Below, piece by piece: positions 1 to 12,067 of a stretch of DNA of 64,000 nt. Origin of the DNA: Octopus sinensis (lineage: Eukaryota); the NCBI RefSeq assembly GCF_006345805.1, contig NC_043002.1, positions 103,354,001 to 103,418,000 on the forward strand, written 5' to 3'. How positions within the stretch are numbered: position 1 is the first letter of the stretch; every line of letters starts with the position of its first letter. The translations under genes and the position numbers were made by a program. Under the pieces are notes generated by a model. The model searched no databases. It had not been told where the DNA came from and saw nothing but the letters and a program-made list of their open reading frames with translations.

Positions 1-959
1 GAGTCTAAAAATGAGAATATCTTAAATAAATCCGACTGATAGTACAAACGAGAATACTAAAAATGAACTCCACCGCTCTCAAAACTTTAAAAAAAAGCAG
101 GAAAAATAATAGAAACCCTTGTCCGGTACCAGATCGATCCCAAAATCTACTCAGTGTGTGCCAGTCACGAGGCCAAACAACCCTGAATTTTTCAGCCGAA
201 TCCATGAAGTAGTTCTTGATATATCTTGTCCATGGACGAAGAATCAAACAAACACGATTGAAAAACAATACCTCCGCTTTCGCTAATGCGGAGGTAATAT
301 GTTGGAATTCGAACGACCACTCTCTTTGATGCCTGTAAGTACTTAATGGTATAAGGTTTATTTTAACTGTCATGGAACTAATGATATTGATAGATTTGTA
401 ATTTCAGAACGAAGAAACACATACATATATAATTTACAGTAATTTGTTTTTGAGTGTCTATTGGAAATTTCGTTCCACGAAATAAATATTTAATAAATGG
501 CTTTTCCTTATCAACCAAGTGTGCAAAATTTCTTTCTCTTGCTGTTCGTTCAATAGAGACAAGATCGTTTAGTTTTAGTTGTTCAACTGATAATTATTCA
601 TGAAATCTCTTCAAACGAATATTGGAACTCCGAAAAGTTATTCTAAAGAAGTTTCACTACTGTCTTACACTTTATATATACAGTCAGTTATTAACTCGTT
701 CCACAGGCAATTGATGTTGTATAGTTTGGTAAAACTATATTTCTTTCAATTTAATTAATTTGCTGCATCTTTCTTCCAAACCAGAGAGCTGGAAGCAATT
801 ACATCAGACCGGAGACTAGTTATATACTCAACAAATCTAACCTTTCTGTTGTCCACTTTCCTAGTAAAAGTAATTATAATAATGACAAAAGTCATAACAA
901 CAGCGAAATTAATATTTCAAACTGAGACAAGACAAGAGGGATGGTCATGAGATTAGCCA

Positions 960-1085
960 ATTAAATCTATCCTCTCTTCGAAAAGAAGAGAGCATAGATT
1001 CACCTCAGCAGGATTTGAACCCTGAATATAAAGAGTCGGCAGAATAGCGGCTCAGCGTTATGTCAGACCCGTTAATGGATCTTCA
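960..1085 (-). mobile_element. degenerate tRNA-derived SINE (same family as 26921-27690 and 55953-56183)
   Basis: Minus strand reads ...ttcagggttcaaatcctgctgaggtgaatc..., matching the B-box core gttcaaattccgccgaggtcgac of better-preserved copies in this window. Confidence 0.5.
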
Positions 1086-1744
1086 AGAACACTGCCTAAC
1101 TCCTTAATCATCAACAACAACAACAACAACAGCAACAATAACAACCCCAGCAACAACAACAGCAATAACACTAAAAATAATGATTATAAGAACAAGAACA
1201 AAGTAGCAATTTTGGAGATACATTAGAGGCAGAGGACTTCATTATTGCAAATCAGGATCAGTTATCTAACCTGTTGTCATTTGTGATGGAGTTCACCGTC
1301 GTCGTCGTCATCAAGCGAGGGTTTGCAGTCATCATTGAGGCTGGAAGACTAATATTCCAAAAATTATTTACCGCCTTGGTATTGTGCAGGACACTTCTAC
1401 ATCATTGCTTTGTCTATTTGAAAAAAATGGATATCTTCCAAAACAAATTAGCAAATTAGAAATTGATTTAGTCATAGAATGGCTTAAGCATTTCTCCTGA
1501 AGTCGTTAATTGAAAACAGCTATCGGTCTGCTATGGAACAGAAGTAGGAATGAAATTTATTTCACGATTACAGTGTGAGGACAAGAGAAATAAAAGAGTT
1601 AAAAGCGAAATGGCGTGTACTGCTGCTTAAACAGAATGGCTTCAAGTTAAGATTATTTTATCTGGTTCATCTGCACTTTTCAATTGTAAAATCTTGCTTA
1701 CACATATATAGTGTAAATATATACTATAGTTGTATTTATGTAGT

Positions 1745-1960
1745 TATTTATATGTGTATGTATACGTCGAAGTGTATGTAAATGTGTATGTATGCACGTA
1801 TCCATATGCGGATGTATATATATATATATACCCACACATTAATATATGTATGTACAAGTAGACGTGCACACACAAACAAACACATACACACACGCACACA
1901 AAGAACAAACACAAACACACGCACGCACATATATATAATATATATATCCAAAGTATATGA
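1745..1960. repeat. compound (TA)n/(CA)n microsatellite
   Basis: Directly visible dinucleotide tracts; they explain the overlapping YI/TH/VC ORFs. Confidence 0.9.
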
Positions 1961-2729
1961 GAGTAGAATAAAATATTAGCGAATATTTGTTTCCGTGAAT
2001 GTTTACAGCCAATAATTACAGATTGCAATTGATACGAAAGATGTAGCTGATGGTCGGATAGATATTTTAGTAAATCACTCTCAATATTTGAAAAGCAGCC
2101 AAATATCAACTTGCTAATTTCTAGCAAAAAGACAACAAACAACAACAATTGAGGGAATCCTAGCTTCTGTTTACAAGGCGGGATATTTATTCGTTTTGAT
2201 AGAAAATATAGCAAATAACGGTGAAAATAGATAAGTCTGTCTGGAATATCACAAGAGAGTTTTCTGCTTAATAAAGAGAAGTAGTGGGAGGAAATATCCA
2301 TTCATGGTGGGAGGAAGAAAGAGTATGCATCGTCCAAATATCTCGGTATAAGATCATGTTACGCGGCAAGAGCAACAAGGAAAGTCAAACGTTAAAAATG
2401 GTATTTGTGGATTGCTGTGTTAGGATATCTATTACAGAACAAAACGAAACAAAATGGAAGCCGACGCGAGGAGATAGTGTCTAATTTTGTAGCAGCACTG
2501 AGATGAGTGCTCATAAATACTAATTTGCTTGGCTCTGAATTTGATTAGCTGGAATCAAAAATAATTTTGGCGCAACAACAACGAACACGTGACTTCAACG
2601 TTTTACTGACCTAAAGCGTATCAGCTGACTTTCAATATCACGCATAACTAGACATTTTTTAACGCAGTTTTCTTTCTTCTTCTGTTCCAATGATTGGCGA
2701 ATTAGGTGCATATATTCCTGGAAATCTGG

Positions 2730-2799
2730 AAATTTGAATACATACATACATAATGCGTATGTATGTATATATATGTATATATATGTATATCTATATGTT

Positions 2800-2867
<68 letters not shown>

Positions 2868-2889
2868 ATAACATATATATATATATAGA

Positions 2890-2920
<31 letters not shown>

Positions 2921-2935
2921 ATATATATGTATATA

Positions 2936-2992
<57 letters not shown>

Positions 2993-3072
2993 AATATATA
3001 TAAGTATATGGATATATATATATATGCGTGTATATATATATATTATATATATATACATATATATATATATAT

Positions 3073-3107
<35 letters not shown>

Positions 3108-3110
3108 GAG
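2730..3110. repeat. (TA)n microsatellite
   Basis: Long interrupted TA tract. Confidence 0.95.
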
Positions 3111-3419
3111 TGAGAGAGGATGAGCGCGTAACAGAGAAAGAGAACAGATAATTGTAAAATTTTTAAGTATAGCCACATACTGTTTGATAAGCCACAGTAT
3201 AAATATGAAGATATATATTCAGAAACACGCATTCCCATAAAATCACATGACTAATTTGATAATACAAACTGTGTGATGTATGAGGCATAGATAGAAGTAT
3301 CAAATCGATTGATAATCGCAATCTATTCCATCGCACGTGCAAATATACACATATACCACTGCCGGCAAACACACATATAACTAACTGTATATCCATCCAT
3401 TTATCTATATATCTATCTG

Positions 3420-3497
3420 TCAGTCTGTATATATGTATGTCTATCTGTCTGTCTATCTATTTGTCTATCAATTTCTTTATCTCTATGTGTATTTCTG

Positions 3498-3552
<55 letters not shown>

Positions 3553-3591
3553 CTATATATATATATATATATATATATGAGTATATATGTA

Positions 3592-3665
<74 letters not shown>
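3420..3665. repeat. compound (TCTG/TCTA)n-(TC)n-(TA)n microsatellite
   Basis: Directly visible. Confidence 0.9.
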
Positions 3666-3689
3666 GGGGGTGGGTATTTGTATATATAC

Positions 3690-3990
3690 ATAAACACATG
3701 CAGCTGGAAAATTCCAATGCAGACAGGATACACTTAGGCCAGGAGAAATTGCAATCCTTGATTCAAAATAAGTGCGTGACCAGGACACTGACCTGAGTAA
3801 CAAAGCACCTTAAAAGGAGCATATTAATAATTTGACAAGAAAATGCAGTCGGGTAGCTGGATCGCTGAGAGCAAAAGAAACTATGACGGTCCTTTGGAAA
3901 ATATTTTGCCAGCCGTTTGGCCTATTTCTCTCAAATATGGTCTCAACACAATTTTAACGGTGAAACTCGAAACAATCCAACGATTGTGGC
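3690..3990 (+). mobile_element. degenerate CR1/L2-like LINE reverse transcriptase C-terminal fragment
   Basis: Manual translation across frameshifts gives (F)KEHINNLTRKCSRVAGSLR..KETMTVLWKIFCQP/LAYFSQIWSQH..LETIQRL. This resembles the CR1 post-YADD region (HI..L..K...GWILR.F..R..E.M..LWK...P.LDYCSQLWSP....LE.VQR). Confidence 0.6.
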
Positions 3991-3991
3991 A

Positions 3992-3992
3992 C

Positions 3993-4055
<63 letters not shown>

Positions 4056-4086
4056 TATAGATACATAGATAGATAGATATATAGAC

Positions 4087-4171
<85 letters not shown>
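3992..4171. repeat. (GATA)n tetranucleotide microsatellite
   Basis: About 45 units, directly visible. Confidence 0.97.
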
Positions 4172-4959
4172 TCATTGATTGAATAGGAAAACGCTGATGC
4201 TATGTGAATACTTTCTGTCTGCGTAGCTCTTCATTAGATTAAATAATAACACTGAGGGATTTGTAGCAGAACTTGTAAACATTAATTTTTTATTGTTAAA
4301 AGGGTGAAACGGAAAATAATGTAAAGGAAAAGACGCTTTAGTTTCTGACTCATGCTCGTATTTACTTTATAATAGGTGCCTGGAACAATGCAAAATTTGC
4401 AGATTTCACTATGGATTCATTATTTAGTTTCCTCGTTCAGGATTTGTCAGTGAGTGCAACACTACGTTGTCCTTTAACGAACCTAGTCGAATTTAATCTG
4501 TTACATCTGCATTCTGGAATTGAGTCTCTGCATTCTGGAATCATTCCCCTTCCCTTAGTTCTCTCAGAGATCAAATTATCATTATGACCACATAGCCAGT
4601 TGGAAACGGTGTTTCCTGGGGTTAAACAACAGTAACAATCGTCCCTTCTAGGACAGCCACATTAAGTTGGCAATTATACTTTATGTGTATGTGTGTGTGT
4701 GTGTGTGTGTGCACGTGTGTGTGGGCCTGTGGATTTATGTTTCTGTGTATATATATATATAAATGTGATTGTGTGTATGTAAACACACACGCATACATAT
4801 TTTTTAAAGTTTCATTCATTCCCTATATCAGTCATTAAACTGCGGTCATGCATATCACTTTGAATCGTTAGTCGAAAGAATGGTCTTCAGTAAATTTTCT
4901 ATTTCAAGCCTGGTAATAAGATCTTCAAAATTTTTAGAAAAGTGTCTGATTCAATATGG

Positions 4960-5400
4960 TAAAAGATAGGGTCACTGTTCGAAGAAACGGACCCACCGAC
5001 TTCAGTCCTCCAGAGGATACGTGAAATATGTGCAATACGAGAGGGTTTTCACCAAACTTTGGTACCGAGAACTATACCAGACCCCGAACTGGACAACACT
5101 GCATTGTTCCAAATATCCCAACTATCCCATCTAGATTGACCATCGTGTACTGCAGCAGTTCGGGATTCGAGGAACCAATGCTATTTAATACTATGCGAAA
5201 TCATCTGAAATATTACTAGGGTAAGGGCAGACATTTTCAAGAAACAGCTTGATTTCCCACTGTCCAAGATCCATAGATGTATCTACAGCATGGCAAGCAG
5301 CACAAAACAGGACAGCAATATCGATCTCATTCCTTTACCAAAAGTCAATCGCATAAGAATCACCATAGGAAAAGTGATAATCTTAGCGGTGCCACAACAC
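4960..5400 (+). mobile_element. degenerate CR1/L2-like LINE ORF2 3' end
   Basis: GFSPNFG..RTGQHCIVPNIPTIPSRLTIVYCSSSGFEEPMLFNTMRNHLK..FQ..A*FPTVQDP resembles the CR1 C-terminus (RTGRHC.VP.I...S.GFRGP.LFN.LP..LR....FK..LD..L..VPD.P). Confidence 0.6.
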
Positions 5401-5924
5401 AGCCACAGCCTTTGGGCTAAATTGAATAAAAGAAAAAAAAACATAATCTACCTTGTTTCCTCTACCCGAATTAGTAACACATACGATTGGGATAACGTAA
5501 TTCGATATACAACTTTTACTAATAATAGAACATTTTCCCCAGTCTAGTTGTTTCAATAAACGTGACGAATAGCGAAATGTCTAAACTGTGGGACACACAG
5601 CAGAGGCTTATGCGTGCCAAGCACTTCATTTAGATAAATAAATTGAAATGAAAATCAAGAGATGTATAAAATATTGGCAATGGGGGGAGGCTGACGGCAG
5701 CACATACGAAGCTTACAACGAAATGCGTTTCTGGCCCAAATCATGCGAACCTCAATAATGGTCTTTCTCATTTCTAGGTTGAGTGTTACTATATGATCTG
5801 GGTCCTGGAGTTCTTGACCTTTCCTAATATAAATAGTTCTTCTTCAAGCTATACGTAAGAAAATCGAATGCCCTATCGTAGAATTAGTGCCGTTTATGCT
5901 TTTGACAGTTGTCAGATGGCATAC

Positions 5925-5972
5925 CGTGCTTCAGAATAAATTTGTCCCATGATTTCCATGGCTTCGGAGATC
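5925..5972 (-). other. candidate 48-nt internal exon (unassigned gene)
   Basis: Minus strand: tattttcccag|GATCTCCG...GAAGCACG|gtatgc. Length is divisible by 3 and two frames are open (ISEAMEIMGQIYSEAR or SPKPWKSWDKFILKH). No homology recognised. Confidence 0.3.
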
Positions 5973-6399
5973 CTGGGAAAATAGTATCATGGAAGACGAA
6001 TTTACTTCCCATTCTAACAGTAAAAATCTAATTCGTGGATGAAAATAACTATGGGACTTGAGACATATATACTCACGAATATTCGGATCACTTTTCAGAA
6101 AATGAATTATCTCCGGAATAATATAACACTATAATTTTGAATGTCTTCTTGTTATAAGATTTTCTATCTATAGATGACATGAATCAACCAATAAACCAAG
6201 TTTACACTATTTTGGAAAATTAAAACTTGTGCAGCTTATTCTATTTTCAGTCTTGTATAATACAAGAAAAATCACATTGCAACGAATTGAAAGTAAATTT
6301 CCTGAATGAATGGCAGATGAATTAATAGTTTGCAAGCACCTGTCGCTTTCTATTAGAACCGGTGTTAATTAAATTCTTTTCTTCGTAATACATACACGC

Positions 6400-6436
6400 A
6401 TACGGACACACACATATATATATGTATATATATATA

Positions 6437-6502
<66 letters not shown>

Positions 6503-6560
6503 ATATATATATATAAACACATAAAATGTCTGTATATATATATGTGTGTGTGTGTGTAAG
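6400..6560. repeat. (TA)n/(TG)n microsatellite
   Basis: Directly visible. Confidence 0.9.
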
Positions 6561-7437
6561 TGTATAAACACGTATACAAGTATATGGGTGTGTGAGCGCA
6601 AGTGTATGAGTACATGTACATATGGTGTGTGAATATATATGATTGAATAAATGTAGGTTGTCGTCTGTCTCTTGTTACTTATCCATTTCTCTCATCTCAT
6701 TCACCCGCTCTCGTAGAGCCGCTCTCAACATCTCTTTTATAGGTGCATACATACATAATTACATACTTAAGCACGTACATAGAGACAAACATACACAGAA
6801 AGCACCCACTCACACATGTCTATCTATCTATATCTATCTACATAATTACATTACGGTGAGATGTTTGATTTAGTATTTAATCACTTGTTTGATTGGTTAA
6901 CATAAATATTTAAAAAATCTAAGATGTTACTATTATCATACATACACCTATACATATATATATACGTGTATACACACACACACAGATATATATACACACT
7001 AGTGATATGAAATTGAAGAATTCTTTTGTTCATCCTTCAATTATGACATGACCAAAGAAATATATTAAAAATCATAAGAATAAAGATCCAAAAACGATAA
7101 GACGAAAACAAAACAGTTTCGAAAACACATGTGTGTAAGTCAAACAAAGAATTTTATGAATTTCTGAGATAATTTATAAAGATGGATTATATGAAGAGCT
7201 GTATTGTATAGAGCATATCTACAGTTTGAATGACATAGAGGAACAAAAGTGTATTTACGAAACACCAATAGATAAAAGTTGGTCCAAGAATATCCGTCAG
7301 AAATGAAGTTGTGGTTAATGAAATAAATGAAGCAGAAAAGACGTCAGTGTAATAGAAACGATTTCCTCGAGATTCAGAAACGCAAAACTAAAAGAAGACA
7401 AATCTATAACAATAGTCACGAAACTAATAATAAAGAC

Positions 7438-7439
7438 GG

Positions 7440-7477
<38 letters not shown>

Positions 7478-7561
7478 TTTATAATGATACTAATAGTTAT
7501 TCTAGTAGTAGCATAAACATTGGCAATACTAATAATAATGATAATAATAATAATGATGATG

Positions 7562-7592
<31 letters not shown>

Positions 7593-7609
7593 TGATAATA
7601 ATAATAACA

Positions 7610-7641
<32 letters not shown>

Positions 7642-7837
7642 GATGATGATGATAATAATAATAATAATAATAATATTGATGATAATAATAATGATAATAA
7701 TAATAATATTAATAATAATAATAATGATGATGATAATAATAATAATAATAATAATAACAGTAATAATAATAATAATAATATTAATAATAATAATGATAAT
7801 AATAATAATGATGATGATGATGATGATTATGATGATG

Positions 7838-7904
<67 letters not shown>

Positions 7905-7970
7905 TGATGATAATAGTGATATTGGCGATAATAATAATGATAATAAAAATGGTATTAATGATAATAATAA
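7438..7970. repeat. (AAT)n/(GAT)n trinucleotide microsatellite
   Basis: Directly visible; produces the N/D-rich and I/M-rich ORFs. Confidence 0.95.
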
Positions 7971-8739
7971 CGGCAAGGAACAGACGAAACCAAGAGGAAC
8001 AATATGAGCAAAAGCAATTTGTCTAAACGTGGTTGTCATTTGTAACGGATTGTAATTTATGTTAGTCGCAAACAGGATTCGTAACAATAGCGCATATTCT
8101 TAGATGTGTAGATACATACATAGATACATATGTAAGTGTGTATGTGTGTGTGTATATAAATATACGTATATATAATACAATATTATTTTGTGATTGTGGG
8201 TTTTTTTTTGTTGTTCTCATGTTTCGTGTTCATTTTTTTTTCTTTTAGTTGTTTATTTATTTATTGCAGAGGAAGTCATTTGCTGCGGGAATATTGCTTC
8301 GTATATGCGCAGATGATAGTTAATTTGCATTGTTCTTTATAGGAATTATTTCAATAGTTCTATCATTTCGGCATTTTCTTATGGGAATATTTTTCAGTGA
8401 ACAGACCTAATTTATAAAGAACAAATATGATGTCTACTCGGCGATAGGGACGTAAATAAAATATCCAATTTATATCAATATATATGGCGATGTGCAAATG
8501 AGCGTGTATATATGTATATACATACATATATATATATATATATCTTTGTTTGCAGACAAAGATAAGAGAAAGATTGTGTGAAGACTGATATTTATAGATA
8601 TATTGTTGGAGAGAGAATTTTAAAGGACTCTTCGTGGAATTGTTTGATAAATATGGCATATAAATAAATATATCTATTGGTTTATCTAAATGTCTGTCTA
8701 TCACTCTCTCCATTCGTTCGCTCTAACTCTCTTTTGTTC

Positions 8740-8786
<47 letters not shown>

Positions 8787-8789
8787 GAT

Positions 8790-8821
<32 letters not shown>

Positions 8822-8826
<5 letters not shown>

Positions 8827-8935
8827 ATTCACAAAAAAAACCAAAACGGTGTAGATAAAAAAAACCCAGATATATTAGTTTTAGTCTTCAACGTTTCGAG
8901 CCTACGCTCTTCCACACAAAAGAAACAATATATAC
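8822..8935 (-). mobile_element. short Penelope-type interspersed repeat with degenerate minimal hammerhead (same family as 52618-52822)
   Basis: Shares gggagaattcac...gtctt..acgtttcgagcctacgctcttccaca with 52618-52822. Minus strand GAGC-gtag-GCTC-GAAAC-GTT. Confidence 0.6.
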
Positions 8936-9198
8936 ACATTTTAGTACGTCTATCTACGAGTACAGAGTTATATATATATATATATAACAATGATAAATCT
9001 CAGAGCGAGTTATAAACAGTAGCAGCAACACATCGTGACGTATATTTGCCATTTGAATATGGCTAACCCCTAAGGGTGAATGCTACTGTAGTTTGTAGCC
9101 CCAGGAGGACACCTCCTCCAGCTGGCTATAGACACACTTTCTGTGCCCTATCAGTATTTGCAAAGGGAAGCCATCCTTCTCTTCTTCAACTTATGATA

Positions 9199-9243
9199 CA
9201 CACGGACTCCAGTTTCAGGGTATTGACCCGTCGTCGGCTTGTG
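9199..9243 (-). ncRNA. type I hammerhead-like ribozyme motif, copy 1 (variant core CCGACGA)
   Basis: Minus: cacaag CCGACGA cGGG-tcaata-CCCt GAAAC tgga GTC cgtgtg. Confidence 0.6.
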
Positions 9244-9550
9244 ACAATCATAGTTGTCTACGAGAAGTTGGTTCCCTTCACAAATACATATACTTTTTCA
9301 AGTATCGATTGACACTGATATTGAAAATGTAAAATCAAACAATGATAAATCTCAGAGCGAGTTATAAACAGTAGCAGCAACACATCGTGGCGTGTAATTG
9401 TCATTTGAATATGGCTAACCACTAAGGGTGAATGCTACTGTAGTTTTTAGCCCCAGGAGGATACCCCCTCCAGCTGGCTATAGACACACTTTCTGTGCAC
9501 TATCAGTATTTGCAAAGGGAAGCCATCCTTCCCGTCTTCAACTTATGATA

Positions 9551-9595
9551 CACACGGACTCGAGTTTCAGGGTATTGACCCGTTATCGGCGTGTG
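9551..9595 (-). ncRNA. type I hammerhead-like ribozyme motif, copy 2 (variant core CCGATAA)
   Basis: Minus: cacacg CCGATAA cGGG-tcaata-CCCt GAAAC tcga GTC cgtgtg. Perfect 6-bp stem I and palindromic stem III ACTCGAGT. Confidence 0.62.
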
Positions 9596-9684
9596 ACAAT
9601 CATAGTTGTCGAGTAGAAGTTGGTTCCCTTCACAAATACATATACTTTTTCCAGTATCGATTGACACTGATATATATATATATA

Positions 9685-10020
9685 TGTTAGTTAGTAAATG
9701 TTTTGGCTCAGGAAGCAAGAAGCAAGGCCATGTAGGGGGACATAGAGTTATGTACAGGGTGGTGTTCATGTAAAGAGTTTAGGCCACTTGTGGTCAAGGG
9801 AGACTTTGAATCGAGCGGTCGTCAGCATCTTCACTATCTCGTCCGGCAGCTTATTCCACGGATCCGCAACCCGGATGGAGAAAGACTCTCTCCTTCGATT
9901 GAGATGAAAACGTCGCAGATAGAGCTTTTTGGAGTGATCCCGCAGCCGACGCTCTGGAGTAGGAGTGAAGAACAGCTCTTTTGAGAGGTTACACTTTCCG
10001 CTTATGATGTTGTGAGCAAC
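9685..10020 (-). mobile_element. 5'-truncated CR1-clade LINE 3' end
   Basis: Stop-free frame ...RLRDHSKKLYLRRFHLNRRRESFSIRVADPWNKLPDEIVKMLTTARFKVSLDHKW matches the CR1 ORF2 C-terminal motif (RGH..KL.....R...FS.RV...WN.LP..VV......FK..LD..W). It is followed by a short 3'UTR ending in actaactaac. Confidence 0.85.
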
Positions 10021-10034
10021 ATATATATATGTAC

Positions 10035-10091
<57 letters not shown>

Positions 10092-10117
10092 TACGTATGT
10101 ACACTATATATATATAT

Positions 10118-10965
10118 ACCATGAGCCTCAGATAAGGGTGAACGGACGGATCCTACGAGTGGTGGAAAACTTCACCTACCTGGGCAGCACTCTCTCCTGC
10201 AATGCCAACATAGATGCTGAAACCATCAACAGAATCTCCAAGGCAAGCAGCGCGTTTGGGAGACTGCGAAAGAAAGTCTGGGAGCGGAGAGGAATCAGCC
10301 TCAACACCAAGCTGAAAGTCTACCGGGCAGTCGTGCTTACCACCCTACTATACGGCTGCGAGACGTGGACTGCTTACCGAAGGCACGAGCGCCAGATAAA
10401 CCACTTCCATCTCAGGTGTCTTCGGAATATCCTTCACATCCGCTGGCAGGACAAAGTCCCAGACACGGAAGTTCTGAAGCAGGCAGATCTCCCTAGCACC
10501 ATCACAATCATGCGCAAGGCCCAGCTGAGATGGGCGGGCCACGTCTCCCGCATGTCCGACACTCGCATCCCAAAACAGCTCTTCTACGGTGAACTCGGCC
10601 AGGGCAGGCGCAAAGTCGGAGGGCAGAAAAAGCGCTACAAGGATAGTCTCAAGGTCTCTCTCAAAGACTTCTCCATCGGAACAGAGACCTGGGAGACACT
10701 TGCTGCCAACCGCTCATCCTGGCGCAGCGCAATCACCGTGGGAGCAGGGACAGCCGAGGAGGGACGGATTCGGTCAGCGGAGCAGAAACGTCAGATGCGT
10801 AAAGTCAGAGCCGCCTGCACCAGTAGCACTGCCCCTACCCACTTCTGCCCCACCTGTGGGAGGGGCTTCCTTGCCCGGATTGGCCTCACCAGCCACCTCC
10901 GGTCTCATGGCGGCAGTTCCATCAGATGATGTCAGTTGGTCATCTTCGAACCGAAGGACGAACAT
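10118..10965 (+). mobile_element. 5'-truncated RTE-clade LINE (RT C-terminal region plus C2H2-like tail)
   Basis: Open frame with VENFTYLGSTLS, RISKASSAFGRL, LLYGCETWT, QLRWAGHVSRM..RIPKQLFYGEL..G.R..GGQKKRYKD and CPTCGRGFLARIGLTSHLRSH, all typical RTE ORF motifs. Markedly more GC-rich than the flanks and bounded by (TA)n. Confidence 0.93.
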
Positions 10966-10979
10966 TATATATATAAACA

Positions 10980-11371
10980 CTAGCAGTATCGCCCGGCGTT
11001 GCTCGGGTTTGTATAGTTATAACTATAAAGCATTTTTAAAGAGTTATAGCGAAAAAATAGCAAAAAATGCATTAAAAATGGAAAAACAATTATGGTAATT
11101 TTTTTTTAAATCGTTGACTCAACGTAGACATTTTTAGAGAGTTACTTCCCTTATATTTAAAAACATATGCATTAAAATGAAAAAAAATGATGGTAAATTA
11201 TTTTTAAAATCGTAGACTCATTGTAGACGCGCGCTAATACACAGAATGGGTTGATATGAATCACGACTATAAGATACCCGGTTTTGGTTAAACTGCACCG
11301 CAAAATGTGGGAGTAGTTAGGAATCTAAATCGGAGTATACAGACACACAACCTTTCTTTTATATATAAAGA
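10980..11371 (-). mobile_element. non-autonomous Helitron (~390 bp)
   Basis: Minus strand begins A|TC(tttatatataaaag) at 11371 and ends with a cccgagc-aac-gccggg hairpin then CTAG|T at 10980, giving canonical 5'TC / 3' hairpin-CTAG / AT target. Internal ~110-bp imperfect duplication. Confidence 0.8.
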
Positions 11372-12067
11372 TATATGCATACATTTTGCTTTTTGTCAGT
11401 AACCTTCGGCTGTAGGACCGAGATCACTAGATGTAGCCTTTCTCCATGTTCAGCTTGCAATATTCAGACAATATTTACCTCGGATGCGAATGTTATCAAG
11501 AGTTCTGAGTAGGTCCACACCGCCTGTGTCATTTCTATCGATATCCATGCTATTGTATTGATATCTTTATTGATTTTTGAAAAGAATTCATGTGTTATCG
11601 ACTTATCTGCTCTTATGTCTGTGTGCCTTTGTATGTATTCCATTAATTCAAGTTTGTCCCTCAAAAAAATTGAACATTCAAATATTCAATTGTTGTTGTT
11701 GCTGTTGTCTCTATTGCTCCATCGGATTTTGTTTTCCATTTTAATTTTTGTTGCTATCATTGCTGTAAATCTGTCTTGTTCCTGCCACTTATTTTCCCAC
11801 TCTTCCTCATGGTGATGGTGTTGGTGGTGATGGTGCAACTGTTGCTTGTAGCCATTTTGTTGTTGTCCTCTCTGATGGATGCTTTCAAGAACATGTTGCC
11901 AGACTCAAATCTATTCGTGCCTGAACCTTTCCCACTACACATCAGAATAGTGACTGGTGATGTGTGTGGGTGTTAGCAATGAGGTTCTTTTTATCTATAG
12001 TCCGAGCTGGCCTGGCCGTAACTGTTAACGGAATGCTCTGACTCTTAATATAAGTTTTACAAGGAAG

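Larger units (their letters stand above)
8986..9670 (-). mobile_element. head-to-tail dimer of a 352-bp structured unit inserted in (TA)n (retrozyme / Penelope pseudo-LTR-like)
   Basis: aacaatgataaatctcagagcg starts at 8986 and 9338 (period 352) and the copies are highly similar. Each carries an HHR-like motif on the minus strand. Confidence 0.75.

Noticed and set aside
7327-8026. 226-aa Asn/Asp-rich and 168-aa Ile/Met-rich ORFs
   Set aside because: Pure (AAT)/(GAT) repeat, open in several frames at once, with no convincing splice context.
10012-10117. N-terminal MSNIYIC... of the 305-aa ORF as a host gene start
   Set aside because: It is (TA)n read-through fused to a 5'-truncated RTE, not a real start.
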